Shown here in pieces: positions 29,109 through 38,111 of a stretch of 64,000 bases of DNA. Positions within the stretch are counted from its first letter, which is position 1, and the number at the start of each line of letters is the position of its first letter. This stretch comes from an uncultured Pseudomonadota bacterium (lineage in GTDB: Bacteria > Myxococcota_A > Polyangia > Fen-1088). Where the stretch lies: the NCBI GenBank assembly GCA_963847705.1, contig CAWKBC010000029.1, positions 97,278-161,277 of the forward strand, written 5' to 3'. A model generated the notes under the pieces. It saw nothing but the letters and a program-made list of their open reading frames with translations, did not search any database and had not been told where the DNA came from. Both the position numbers and the translations under genes were made by a program.

Positions 29109-29867
29109 ATGATTTCGACGCCGAGCGAGGCCATAGAGGCCTTCCACCTGACCTTCCTCGCACACCTGTCGAAGGACCCGAGCAAGGCCGTCATCAAAGG
29201 GGGGCAGAACCTCAGGCTCTTCTTCGAGAGCGTGAGGCACTCGGACGACCTCGACATGGATGTGTCCGTCACGTCGAAGGAGACGCTCAAGAAGAAGGTC
29301 GACAAGATCCTGGCCTCGCCGCGCTTCAGGACGGCGCTCCTGCTCTACGGGATCGGGATCGAGCAGGTTTCGACGCCGAAGCAGACCGACACCACGCAGC
29401 GGTGGAAGATGACCCTGAAAGTGAAGGGTCTGCGCGAGCCCGTTCACACCAGGATCGAATTCTCACGCCGAGCGTCCACCGGGAAGGCCGTGCTGGGTCC
29501 GGTGGCCAAGCCGATAGCAGACTCCTACGGTGCGAGCCCCTTCTCAGCCTCACACTACGGGCTCACCGAAAGCATCGCCCAGAAGGTATCGGCGATGGCG
29601 GGTCGGGACAGGACGCGCGACCTCTTCGACCTGGCCATGCTCCTGGAGCGCTACGCAAAGGACGTGGGTTCGGTGACCGCCCTGCACCCACCGAGCGAAC
29701 GGGCGCGCGCCGCCCTCAAGAGAGCGTCGGGGATGACCTTCGACGCGTACAAGGCCGAAGTGTTGCCGTACCTCGAAAAGTCCAAGAGGAAGGAGCACGG
29801 CAGCCGGCAGAGCTGGGAAGAGAAGAAGGCGCTCGTCGTCCAGGGCCTGGAGATCTTCAGCCGATGA
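29109..29867 (+). CDS. AbiEii/AbiGii-family nucleotidyltransferase toxin (type IV TA)
   Basis: 252 aa. N-terminal IKGGQNLRLFFESVRHSDDLDMDV matches the KGGTAL...R.S.DLDF signature of the DUF1814/AbiEii family. GC is locally lower. Confidence 0.75.
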   Translation: MISTPSEAIEAFHLTFLAHLSKDPSKAVIKGGQNLRLFFESVRHSDDLDMDVSVTSKETLKKKVDKILASPRFRTALLLYGIGIEQVSTPKQTDTTQRWKMTLKVKGLREPVHTRIEFSRRASTGKAVLGPVAKPIADSYGASPFSASHYGLTESIAQKVSAMAGRDRTRDLFDLAMLLERYAKDVGSVTALHPPSERARAALKRASGMTFDAYKAEVLPYLEKSKRKEHGSRQSWEEKKALVVQGLEIFSR

Positions 29868-30473
29868 GCGCCCTCGACCTCACGCTCTTGCTGAAGGACT
29901 TCCCCTCTCCGGTGGTGACGACCTCCGAGGTCGCCGTCCTCATGCGAGGACGAGTCGACTCAGCGAACAAGATGCTCGGCAGGCTGGCGACCAAAGGCGT
30001 CGTCAAGCCGCTCGCCAGGGGCTTGTGGGCCCTCGGCCGGGACCTCGATCCGAAGGTTCTGTCGCGCTACCTGGCCGCGCCCTCCCCCAGCTACCTCTCT
30101 CTCCTGTCGGCGCTGAGGTTTCACGGGATGATCTCCGCAGATCCCGCGCTCGACGTACGTGGTGACGCTCGGCAGGCCCCAGGAGGTCGAGACGTCGTTG
30201 GGCGACTTCTCCCTCCACACCGTGGCGCCCGAGGTCTTCGGAGGATTCGTGGCGACCCCCGAAGGTGCGCTCATCGCCTCGCCGGAGAAGGCCCTCTTCG
30301 ACGTCTTCTACCTGTCCGGGACGAGGCCGCGCACCTTCTCGTCGCTGCCCGAGGTCGAGCTGCCCGACGACTTCGACTTCGGGAAGGTGAGGAGCTGGAC
30401 GCGCAAGGTGCCGTCCAAGCGCCTCCAGACGATCGTGGAGCGCAGGACGTCAGAGCTAGAAGCGGCCCAATGA
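29864..30473 (+). pseudogene. AbiEi-family antitoxin/transcriptional regulator with a 1-nt frame break
   Basis: The ATG overlaps the toxin stop (ATGA). MSALDLTLLLKDF...TTSEVAVLM...ARGLWAL...PSYLSLLSALRFHGMI runs to about 30133. It then continues in the +1 frame as PQIPRSTYVVTLGRPQEVETSLGDFSLHTV... (ORF 30159..30473). Confidence 0.6.
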
Positions 30474-30665
30474 CTCACGTGAGCGGCTTGCTCGGCTGTG
30501 GACATCCGATCTTACTTGCCGCGCGAGGCGGCGTCGGCGGAGCCGAGCTCGATGTCGCGTTGCCGTTGGCAGCACGGGAAAGGGCAACGATACAGGGTCC
30601 GCCGTAGATTGACCGCGCACATCCAAGATCCAGGTTTCTCCGGGTGTGACGGAGGGAGTACAGAG

Positions 30666-31922
30666 ATGACCGGACGGGGGATGGCTGGAGCGGTGGTCGG
30701 TCTTCTTTTATCAGCCCCGGCCTGCGGCGGGCGCAACGAGGCAGCGCCGGCCGGCCACGATGCGGGAGCGGTCGCGACTGGCGGTGAAACCGGGGCCGGT
30801 CCTGTCGCGGGCGGGCAGGCACCGGCGGTCGACGGCGGCGTTGCTGCCAGCTCCACCCCGCCAATGAGCCCGCCGGCGCGCACCTGTCCGGCAGCGCTGC
30901 CACCCGGCGCGACTTGGACCGATGTTCCGCCGCCTGCGGGCCTCCCCAGCGGATTCTTTGCGACGGATGCTTGGTCAGCCGGCCCCGACGACCTCTTCTT
31001 CGTCGGCGCGGATCCCGCGGACGCCATCGGCGATCCGTCGGCGGTTCGTCGCGTCCTCCACTGGTCGGGCGGGTGCTGGACGATCGAGCTCGCCGTCACG
31101 GGCAGTCTCGACGCACCGGCACAGATCTCGGGCACCTCGCCCAACGATGTCTGGATCACCACCGGCGACGCCATCTATCACCGCGATTCCACCGGTTGGT
31201 CGCCCGCCGCGCAACTGAACGCGGCGCTGGCCCCCGCGCCCGGCAACCTGCTGATTCTCGAAGACGTCCAGGCGCGCACGCCCGACGACGTCTGGTTCAC
31301 GACCTCGGGGATGATCGTGCACTTCTTGAATGGCCAGGTGACCACGACCGAGATCCCGGCGCCGCCGCCGGCCGACCCCTCCGTCCCCCCCATCGCGTTC
31401 GCGTACAGCGCCATCTCCATCCTCGACGCGAACGACGTGTGGATCGGCGGGTCCGCCGAGCAGAACGCCAACACGATGCCACCGGCTTTTCTCTTTCACT
31501 TCGACGGTCAGACCTGGACCGTTCACGGGCCAGTCGGTCCAATCACCGTGAACGTGCTCTGGCCGGCCGGTTCGCCCGACGCGTTGTGGGTCGCGGTTCC
31601 AGCGGCCTCGAGCCAGCTGTTTCCGATTGTCGCGTTCGCCAACGACACGGTCACGCAGACGACCATCGCGAACTGGGAGGCGGGCGCCGACCTCATTTCG
31701 CTCTGGGGCCGCGCGCCGAACGACATCTGGGCGGCCGGAAAGGACATCGCGCACTTCGACGGCACCAGCTGGTCGCAGGTCGCCGACGCGCCCGCCTCGG
31801 TGCGCGACAACACCGACGCGACGGTCTTCGACAACGCGGTGGTCGTGGGCGACGCCACCACCACCTGGTTGACCAACGCGGGTCCGGTCTTTGTCCGCAA
31901 GGCGGCGAGCGCGAGTCCGTGA
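30666..31922 (+). CDS. lipoprotein with repeated xxDVW...G.W motifs (propeller-like), unknown function
   Basis: ATG 30666: MTGRGMAGAVVGLLLSAPAC lipobox. Repeats PNDVWITTGDAIYHRDSTGWS, PDDVWFTTSGMIVHFLNGQ, ANDVWIGG...FHFDGQTWT, PNDIWAAGKDIAHFDGTSWS. Confidence 0.55.
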   Translation: MTGRGMAGAVVGLLLSAPACGGRNEAAPAGHDAGAVATGGETGAGPVAGGQAPAVDGGVAASSTPPMSPPARTCPAALPPGATWTDVPPPAGLPSGFFATDAWSAGPDDLFFVGADPADAIGDPSAVRRVLHWSGGCWTIELAVTGSLDAPAQISGTSPNDVWITTGDAIYHRDSTGWSPAAQLNAALAPAPGNLLILEDVQARTPDDVWFTTSGMIVHFLNGQVTTTEIPAPPPADPSVPPIAFAYSAISILDANDVWIGGSAEQNANTMPPAFLFHFDGQTWTVHGPVGPITVNVLWPAGSPDALWVAVPAASSQLFPIVAFANDTVTQTTIANWEAGADLISLWGRAPNDIWAAGKDIAHFDGTSWSQVADAPASVRDNTDATVFDNAVVVGDATTTWLTNAGPVFVRKAASASP

Positions 31923-31926
31923 GGGG
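31839..31926 (+). repeat. 88-bp repeat copy A (3' end of gene 30666..31922)
   Basis: Near-identical (2-3 mismatches by eye) to 33281..33368. Confidence 0.85.
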
Positions 31927-31929
31927 GCA

Positions 31930-32350
31930 GCGAGCTTCGAAGCTCAGGTACTTCTGCCAGCGAGCGCCGCTCGGATGCACCGCCTGAAGTTGGTGGTGGC
32001 CTGGCGGCAGCGACTGGTGCACCGTCGACCCAGTACCGACGGGACGGCTATCAACGTAAAATGAGGTTCCCCGTGCGGCGGTGGTGAGGGGTACGAAGGC
32101 AACCTCCGGCGGCTCATTCCCCTCGGGCTGCGCCGGTGTCGCGCGCTCAGAGTGACGGCTCCCCCTGGGGTGAGATCGCCTCAGCCCTCGGCGGTGCCAC
32201 CAGGTGGCCGGCTCTCAGTCGGGCGCGATGCCGGTGGCGCACCGCGGCTCTGGACGCCGGCATTGCGCTCGCCTCCGCGCCTCCGCCCGACATCGACAGC
32301 AGGAGGCCAAGCACCACCGCCAAGAACCACCCCCGTCCTGCACTCCTCAC
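31930..32350 (-). pseudogene. degraded copy of the PEGA-domain gene 35922..36374
   Basis: About 460 bp of DNA similarity (31932-32395 versus 35955-36415). The N-terminal 67-aa ORF (MRSAGRGWFLAVVLGLLLS...) and the C-terminal part (HQSLPPGHHQLQAVHPSGARWQKYLSFEA) lie in different frames, and the 3' end is lost. Confidence 0.5.
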
Positions 32351-32539
32351 GAAATTCCAAGTTAGATCCTCGACACCCCAGCACCATGAGGGGCGGCGGC
32401 GATCGGGTGACGTGAACTCGCTGCGGCCGCTGCGGTCTCGTGCACGAGGCGGTCGAACTCTTTCCGCGCGCGGCGACCGACCCGCAACCCGAGGTCCGCG
32501 CTCATTCCGAAAACCGAGGCGTGGTTCTCCGGACCGAGA

Positions 32540-33148
32540 CTACGTCCCTTTGGCCAGCTGCACGACGAAGCTGTCGAAACAGAGCTGGCACGCGCTGCTC
32601 GTCGGAAGGAAGAGTCGATAGAGGATGGTGGGTGGCCGCATTCCTGGCACGGGCGTCGAAAAGATGCCCGACGGCGCGCCGCCCGAAATGAGGGCGAAGG
32701 CATAGGCCCCGTCACAGCCATTCACCGAGACGTTCTCCGCCGAATAGATGATCGATTGGTCGCGCGCGACCTGCGCGCTGACGCTCGGATCGGTAGAGTC
32801 GGACACAGCGATGATCGGTGCTGGAACGGCGATGGTCTTCGCCTCGATCAACTGACAGTTCTTCGTCCCGTTGTCGACCGTTCCTGCGGTCCTGAACTCG
32901 ACCGAAGCGCCCTGGACCAATCCATCGTTGCCCGGACAGGGGCTCGTCAACCCAAATCCATACACCACCTGCGGATCGTAGGTGAAATCACCGTTCGGGG
33001 TATACGGCTCCACGATGGTCGCCGACAGGACCTCTCCGCTCGTGGTGAGGCCCTCCGGCGCGCAGAGGCGTGAGGCGCATCCGGCCACAGCCACGCCCAC
33101 GACGACAATTGCGTTCGCGACAATGAATGAACGACGCAGGCTAACCAT
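32540..33148 (-). CDS. lipoprotein, unknown function
   Basis: MVSLRRSFIVANAIVVVGVAVAGC lipobox. 202-aa beta-rich protein. Confidence 0.5.
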   Translation of the reverse strand: MVSLRRSFIVANAIVVVGVAVAGCASRLCAPEGLTTSGEVLSATIVEPYTPNGDFTYDPQVVYGFGLTSPCPGNDGLVQGASVEFRTAGTVDNGTKNCQLIEAKTIAVPAPIIAVSDSTDPSVSAQVARDQSIIYSAENVSVNGCDGAYAFALISGGAPSGIFSTPVPGMRPPTILYRLFLPTSSACQLCFDSFVVQLAKGT

Positions 33149-33280
33149 CCAGCGATCCTAGCGTAGAACGACCCAGCAGCCGACGCGAAAGAGGTCGGGT
33201 CGGCAGTCAAGTGTTCAGGATACAGAGGTTCAACGTGGCGCCCTGGGAGGTGTGAACCTCCTGGCAGCCCTTCCCCGTCG

Positions 33281-33368
33281 GTGGTCGTTGGCGACGCCAC
33301 CACCACCTGGTTGACCAACGCGGGTCCGGTCTTTGTCCGCAAGGCGGCGAGCGCGAGCCCGTGAGGGG
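33281..33368 (+). repeat. 88-bp repeat copy B (orphan 3' gene fragment)
   Basis: Encodes ...VVVGDATTTWLTNAGPVFVRKAASASP-stop without any upstream gene body. It abuts the vapC stop. Confidence 0.85.
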
Positions 33369-33369
33369 C

Positions 33370-33780
33370 TCACGCGAACGGGTCGACGATCTCGATGCCT
33401 TCGATTCGCTGCCCCGCCTGCAGCTCCTCGGTGATCAGACGATCGCAGCCGGCACGGCGGGCGGCATGGACGATGAGCGCGTCCCAGAAGCTGAGACTGT
33501 AGAGCCGATGCAGCTTGATGCTTTCGATGATGTGGTCGGCGTCGACTGTGACGGCGACGAGCACGGAGAGAACCTCGACCTTCTTCTGGGCCGCCTCGGC
33601 CGCCACGGAGAGCTTCCGCGTGACAACTGCGAAATACTCCTGCAGCACCTGCGTCGAGATCACCGCATCCCCGTTCGCCAGCGCGCCGATGAGCAGCGCC
33701 TGCGCCTTCGCTCGCTTCGCTCCGGCGTCGGCATCGTCCGCGTAGACGAGGATGTTCGTGTCCAGAAAGGCGCGGGCCAT
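33370..33780 (-). CDS. vapC: PIN-domain toxin VapC
   Basis: MARAFLDTNILVYADDAD..., with acidic residues at the expected positions (D7, E48, D100 region). 136 aa. Confidence 0.8.
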   Translation of the reverse strand: MARAFLDTNILVYADDADAGAKRAKAQALLIGALANGDAVISTQVLQEYFAVVTRKLSVAAEAAQKKVEVLSVLVAVTVDADHIIESIKLHRLYSLSFWDALIVHAARRAGCDRLITEELQAGQRIEGIEIVDPFA

Positions 33781-34022
33781 CAGGACCGCCGGGGATCGTA
33801 GGCGTCCGATCGACGGATTCGCTTGCCCCCCGAGCGACCGGCCGATTGGGCCCAGAGTTTTCGGAGCTCGTCCGCGAGCGCTTCACCCGTCCGGCGTCCG
33901 GCGACCAGCTCGAGCTGTCGGCGGACGAGCTCGTTGAGCGTCGTCCCCTGGCGCTGCGCAATTTCGCGCACGCGAGCGACCAGGTCGTCGGAGAGAGCGA
34001 TCGTCACGTTCATCGTGTACAC
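33780..34022 (-). CDS. vapB: VapB-type antitoxin (RHH-like)
   Basis: MNVTIALSDDLVARVREIAQRQGTTLNELVRRQL. Its stop overlaps the vapC ATG by 1 nt (TGATG). Start is 34022 or 34013. Confidence 0.6.
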   Translation of the reverse strand: MYTMNVTIALSDDLVARVREIAQRQGTTLNELVRRQLELVAGRRTGEALADELRKLWAQSAGRSGGKRIRRSDAYDPRRS

Positions 34023-34179
34023 GGGATAAGTGTGCGCATGATACGTGTCAACCCGAACTACAGAAGGACATGAGGACCAGCCGCACCTCCGCGAAGCGCC
34101 CGATCGATCACACCGTCCCAGGCGTCACCGAGGCCTTTCTGCCCCGTCAGGAGAAGGTGATACGGTCGGCGCCAAGCCA

Positions 34180-35919
34180 ATGACCCGCAAGCGGCAGCGC
34201 GCGTGTCTGGGGACCTTGACCGCGGCCATCGTGGTGGCCGCCGTCGCCTGGACGGTCGGCTCGGCCACGTCGCTCTCGCACACGTTCGATGAGCCGCATC
34301 ATCTGGCGACCGGGATCGAATGGTGGCAGTTCGGCACCTATCGGTGGTGGACCGAGAACCCGCCGCTGCCGAAGGTGGTGACGGCGCTCGTTCCGTATCT
34401 CGCAGGCATGCGGTTGCCGGCCAACCCGACGGCGCTCAATCGCCGACCGTGGATTCCGGGCATCGAGTTGCTCGAAAACGCCCCCAGCTACGAGCGTGCC
34501 CTCATGCTGGCCCGGCTGGGAACGGCGAGCTTCCTGCTGCTCACTTTGGGGCTGACGTTCGCGCTCGCGGGCGGGCGCAAGCGCCTGTTGTCGGCGTTCG
34601 CGGCCACCGCCCTGGTGGCCACCTACCCGCCCCTCCTCGGGCACGCGGGACTGGCCACCACCGACATGGCTGCGGTGGCCACCGTGCTCTTGTTTCTGTT
34701 TTGCCTCGATCGCTGGGCCGACCATCCCTCACCCGCACGCGCGGCCGGGGTGGGCGCGGGCTTTGCGCTGGCAACGCTCTGCAAGCTGACGGCGCCAGCG
34801 TTTTGCCTGGTGTTGGGGGTCGCTTGGATCGGCGCCCGGCGCTGGGCGCTCGGCATGTGGACCGGTGGCCCGGCCACACGATGGCGCGCGCGCCTCGCTC
34901 AGGTGGCGAGCGCAGGCGCCGCTGCATTCACGGTCGTGTGGGCGGGTTATCGCTTCTCGGTCGGACGTCTCGACGATCTGCCGCCCATAGATTACCTCGG
35001 AACGCCCGTCCTACCGCCTCTGGGACAGCGGTCCGCGCTCTTGGCCTGGTTCTGCCGCTTGCGGTTGCCAATGCCCGAATTCTGGCACGGCTTCTTCTTT
35101 CTCAAAGCCCATGAAATCCATGGGCACTCGGCCTTTCTGTTCGGACGGGTCCACGATCGCGGCGGGTTCTGGGACTTCTATCTGGTCGGCCTGTTGTTGA
35201 AGTCACCGCTCCCGTTTCTCCTGTTGCTGGCGGCTTGCCTACCTGCCCTTCTGCGCAGAGGCCGCGCCCCTCTCGACGCGCGGGCGCTCGGCAGCGGGTT
35301 GGCCGCGCTGGCGGCGTTGGCGCTGTCGACACGGCTCCCCGTGAACATCGGGCTGCGCCATCTCCTGATCGTCGTGCCGCTGCTGGCGATCTTCACCGCC
35401 GGCTCCCTGACGCCCTGGCTCGAGGACCTCGCAGGCCGCTCTCGGATCGTCGCCGCGATCGCGTTCGGCGCGCTGCTGGTGTCGGGCGTGGTCACGGTCG
35501 AGCGGGCCCGCCCGCAGCTCATGGCCTACTTCAACCCGCTCGCCGGGCGCGAGCCGGGGCGCGCGCTCATCGATTCCGACCTCGACTGGGGCCAAGACTT
35601 CCTTCTGCTCGAGCGCGAGCTTCGCGCGCGCCGGATCCCGTCGGTGCACTACGGCTTCTTCGGAACCGTGAACCCCTGTGACTCCGACGGGCCGCAGCTC
35701 TTACCGCTCGTCCCCAAGGTGCCTGTGACGGGGTGGATCGTGCTCAGCGAACAGTTTTACCGCTCCGATTTCTTCGTGAGCTTCCGCCGCGAATCCTGCG
35801 CTTCGCCCCACTACAGTTTCAACATGGCTCCCGGAGACTCGTTCGACTGGCTCAAGGCCTACCAGCCGATAGCCCGGATCGGCGCCACGCTCCGGCTCTA
35901 CCACCTGCCCGAGCGCTGA
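34180..35919 (+). CDS. GT39/ArnT-like dolichyl-phosphate-mannose-type membrane glycosyltransferase
   Basis: ATG 34180. SLSHTFDEPHHLATGIEWW...ENPPLPKVVTAL N-terminal motif region and more than 10 TM segments. 579 aa. Confidence 0.65.
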   Translation: MTRKRQRACLGTLTAAIVVAAVAWTVGSATSLSHTFDEPHHLATGIEWWQFGTYRWWTENPPLPKVVTALVPYLAGMRLPANPTALNRRPWIPGIELLENAPSYERALMLARLGTASFLLLTLGLTFALAGGRKRLLSAFAATALVATYPPLLGHAGLATTDMAAVATVLLFLFCLDRWADHPSPARAAGVGAGFALATLCKLTAPAFCLVLGVAWIGARRWALGMWTGGPATRWRARLAQVASAGAAAFTVVWAGYRFSVGRLDDLPPIDYLGTPVLPPLGQRSALLAWFCRLRLPMPEFWHGFFFLKAHEIHGHSAFLFGRVHDRGGFWDFYLVGLLLKSPLPFLLLLAACLPALLRRGRAPLDARALGSGLAALAALALSTRLPVNIGLRHLLIVVPLLAIFTAGSLTPWLEDLAGRSRIVAAIAFGALLVSGVVTVERARPQLMAYFNPLAGREPGRALIDSDLDWGQDFLLLERELRARRIPSVHYGFFGTVNPCDSDGPQLLPLVPKVPVTGWIVLSEQFYRSDFFVSFRRESCASPHYSFNMAPGDSFDWLKAYQPIARIGATLRLYHLPER

Positions 35920-35921
35920 GA

Positions 35922-36374
35922 TCACCAATGGATGATCAACTCGCGATCATCGCCCGCTTCGAAGCTCAGAAATTTTTGCCAGCGAGCGCCGCTCGGATGC
36001 ACGGCCTGAAATTGGTGGTACCCCGGCGGCAGCGACTGGTGCACCGTCGAGCCCGTCCCGATGGGACGGCTATCAACGTAAAACGAGGTTCCCTGCGCGG
36101 CGGTGCTGAGGGTAACGAAGGCAACCTCCGGCGGCCCATTCCCCTCGAACTGCGCCGGTGCCGCGCGCCCAGGGTGACGGCTCCCCCTAAGCCGAGATCG
36201 CGTCAGCCCTCGGCGGTGTGCCACCAGGTGGCCGGTTCTCAGTCGGGCGCGATGCCGGTGGCGCACTGCGGCTCTGGAAGCCGGCTTGGCGCTTGCCTCC
36301 GCGCCTCCGCCCAACACCGACAGCAGCAGGCCGAGCACCACCGCCAAGAACCGCCCCCGCCCTGCACCACTCAC
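35922..36374 (-). CDS. secreted PEGA-like domain protein
   Basis: Signal RGRFLAVVLGLLLSVLGGGAEA. C-terminal VAFVTLSTAAQGTSFYVDSRPIGTGSTVHQSLPPGYHQFQAVHPSG resembles a PEGA domain. Confidence 0.5.
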   Translation of the reverse strand: MSGAGRGRFLAVVLGLLLSVLGGGAEASAKPASRAAVRHRHRARLRTGHLVAHRRGLTRSRLRGSRHPGRAAPAQFEGNGPPEVAFVTLSTAAQGTSFYVDSRPIGTGSTVHQSLPPGYHQFQAVHPSGARWQKFLSFEAGDDRELIIHW

Positions 36375-36458
36375 GAATGTGCAAGGTAGATCCTCGACGC
36401 CAGAGCACCATGGGGATCGTGGACATTCTGACGCTCGCCGGGCTTGGGCGCGGCCAAC

Positions 36459-36716
36459 CTCTACGCGCCCGCCGCCATCGCATCCGCCAGGCGGGGGAAC
36501 TGGGGCCGAAAGCCGAGGTCTTCGCGGATGCGGCGGGCGTCGAGGAGCACGTCGAAGGGGCGCGCGGCGGCGGCGTTCGACCCGTCCGGCGGCGGCGCCC
36601 CCACGGAGGCGAACGGCGTGGCGAGGTCGGGGGCCTCGTCGTCGACCACGTTATAGATGCGATGCGCGGGCGACGGGGCGTCGAGCAGGCGGGCGACGGC
36701 CTGGGCGACGTCGGCG
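36459..36716 (-). pseudogene. remnant: 3' third of an SDR gene paralogous to 26365..27192
   Basis: DNA and peptide similarity to 26364-26630 (MVDDEAPDLATPFASVGAPPPDGSNAAAARPFDVLLDARRIREDLGFRPQFPRLADAMAAGA). No N-terminal part is present. Confidence 0.75.
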
Positions 36717-36809
36717 ACTACGTCACGCCAGCCAGGTACGAGAAGGCTGCGCGAGCCGCAGTGGCAACTGCGTAATCAACCTGTCCACCGGATCGGATCA
36801 AGTTCAGTC

Positions 36810-36988
36810 GGCGCTGTTCACGTACGACTGCGACCGCGACAGCCCCGGCGTCGTGATTCCCCGTCCAGAGCTCCAGCTGGTCGTTCGCTTCGGCCCGTCC
36901 TCGCGAAACGGTCTCGACGTCCACGCCTTCGGCGCCCGCCAGAGGGTGCACCGAAAGCTCATCCGCCGCGGCCAGCGGAGCGCCCTAC
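36810..36988 (+). pseudogene. remnant: 5' end of an AraC-family gene paralogous to 27352..28074
   Basis: Encodes SALFTYDCDRDSPGVVIPRPELQLVVRFGPSSRNGLDVHAFGARQRVHRKLIRRGQR, matching 27355-27532. Similarity stops abruptly at about 36988. Confidence 0.75.
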
Positions 36989-38010
36989 GGTCTTGGGGCT
37001 CCCCTGCGGCGACTGATCCGTGGCTTGGCTGGGTCGCCGGATTCGTGCGCGTGCCAGACGCGCTTGGCGTCCTTTTCCGCCTCTGCAAGCACGCGCTTCT
37101 CAGCAATCAGGTAGTTGCCCGCTTTCACGCCGCCGTTTGAAGACCAGCCGAGCCACTTCCCAAGTAGGTACTGGGGCCGATGTCGCAACTGGAACTGGGC
37201 AAGCCCTTCATAGCCGACTTGCGCCGGATCCCACCAGTGCCCCGTTACCAAGCGCCCGCCTTGGAGACGGGCGCACACCTCGTAGTGGCGGTTATCCTCT
37301 TTCCATTTGTAACGACCACGCAGCCGGTCGCCGAACACGGCGATTTTGACGGGCTGCTCGTGCCGAACCGAACCCTCGATCCACACGCAACGCATCTCCC
37401 CATCCCCACCTCCGATTGTCCTGCCCCACCGCCTGCGGAGCTTCCCTTCGGCACGTTGCATATGCCTCTGCAACCCACGGACGCCGTCTGCAGTCAGGTG
37501 GAACGCCCGACGGCTGCCGACTATCGTCATCTCCGCATCCAAGCCGACCCACGTAATACCTTCGAGATCGCTGATCGGCGCACCGCTCGACCGCATCTTC
37601 CAAGGCTCTCTGGGTGGTGAGATCGAATAAGGCTTCGGCACCGCGATACTCGCACCCATCGCGGGATCCCACCCAGCCGACCCCGCCTTCAGGACGAGCT
37701 GGAGGCAGTTGGCCATGCCCAGGGCCCCGCCGAACATACCCAGTTCGTACAGTACGTTGCCGCGGGGAAAATGACCCACTTCGTCTCTCGAGAACAAGAG
37801 ATCATCCGGAGAGAGCAAGAAAAGCCCGCCATCATAGCGCCGCAGCCCGCGCTCGATGGTCTCGACTGTCATATTTCCGGGTACGAAGAATCCATCGGTC
37901 CATATCTCGCAGTCCGCCCACTCACGGATCGCCCCCTTTACCTGCTCGGCAGCCTTCTTTGCTTCAATTGAACTAGCGACGAATACTCTCGGTTTCATGA
38001 GTGCCGTCAC
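36985..38010 (-). CDS. TIR-like (bacterial nucleotide-binding TIR-like fold) domain protein with an unknown C-terminal domain
   Basis: 341 aa. N-terminal KPRVFVASSIEAKKAAEQV...LFLLSPDDLLFSRDEV...RGNVLYELGMFGGALG matches the remembered signature of PF10137-type TIR-like domains (hydrophobic strand, SPDD, NVxxExGxFxGxLG). The C-terminal ~220 aa are unrecognised. Confidence 0.55.
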   Translation of the reverse strand: MTALMKPRVFVASSIEAKKAAEQVKGAIREWADCEIWTDGFFVPGNMTVETIERGLRRYDGGLFLLSPDDLLFSRDEVGHFPRGNVLYELGMFGGALGMANCLQLVLKAGSAGWDPAMGASIAVPKPYSISPPREPWKMRSSGAPISDLEGITWVGLDAEMTIVGSRRAFHLTADGVRGLQRHMQRAEGKLRRRWGRTIGGGDGEMRCVWIEGSVRHEQPVKIAVFGDRLRGRYKWKEDNRHYEVCARLQGGRLVTGHWWDPAQVGYEGLAQFQLRHRPQYLLGKWLGWSSNGGVKAGNYLIAEKRVLAEAEKDAKRVWHAHESGDPAKPRISRRRGAPRP

Positions 38011-38111
38011 ATTAGAACATCGAGCGCGCCGGCCGGGCTCTGTCTTTCGACAGCCTCTGACACTGTCGGCACACTATGGCTAGTACACGAGATCCCAAGT
38101 TCCTATCCAGG

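Noticed and set aside
29087-30607. 506-aa ORF spanning the AbiE module
   Set aside because: It is out of frame over the AbiEii gene (Arg/Gly/Pro-rich). Only its middle section (29864 to about 30133) is the genuine AbiEi N-terminus.
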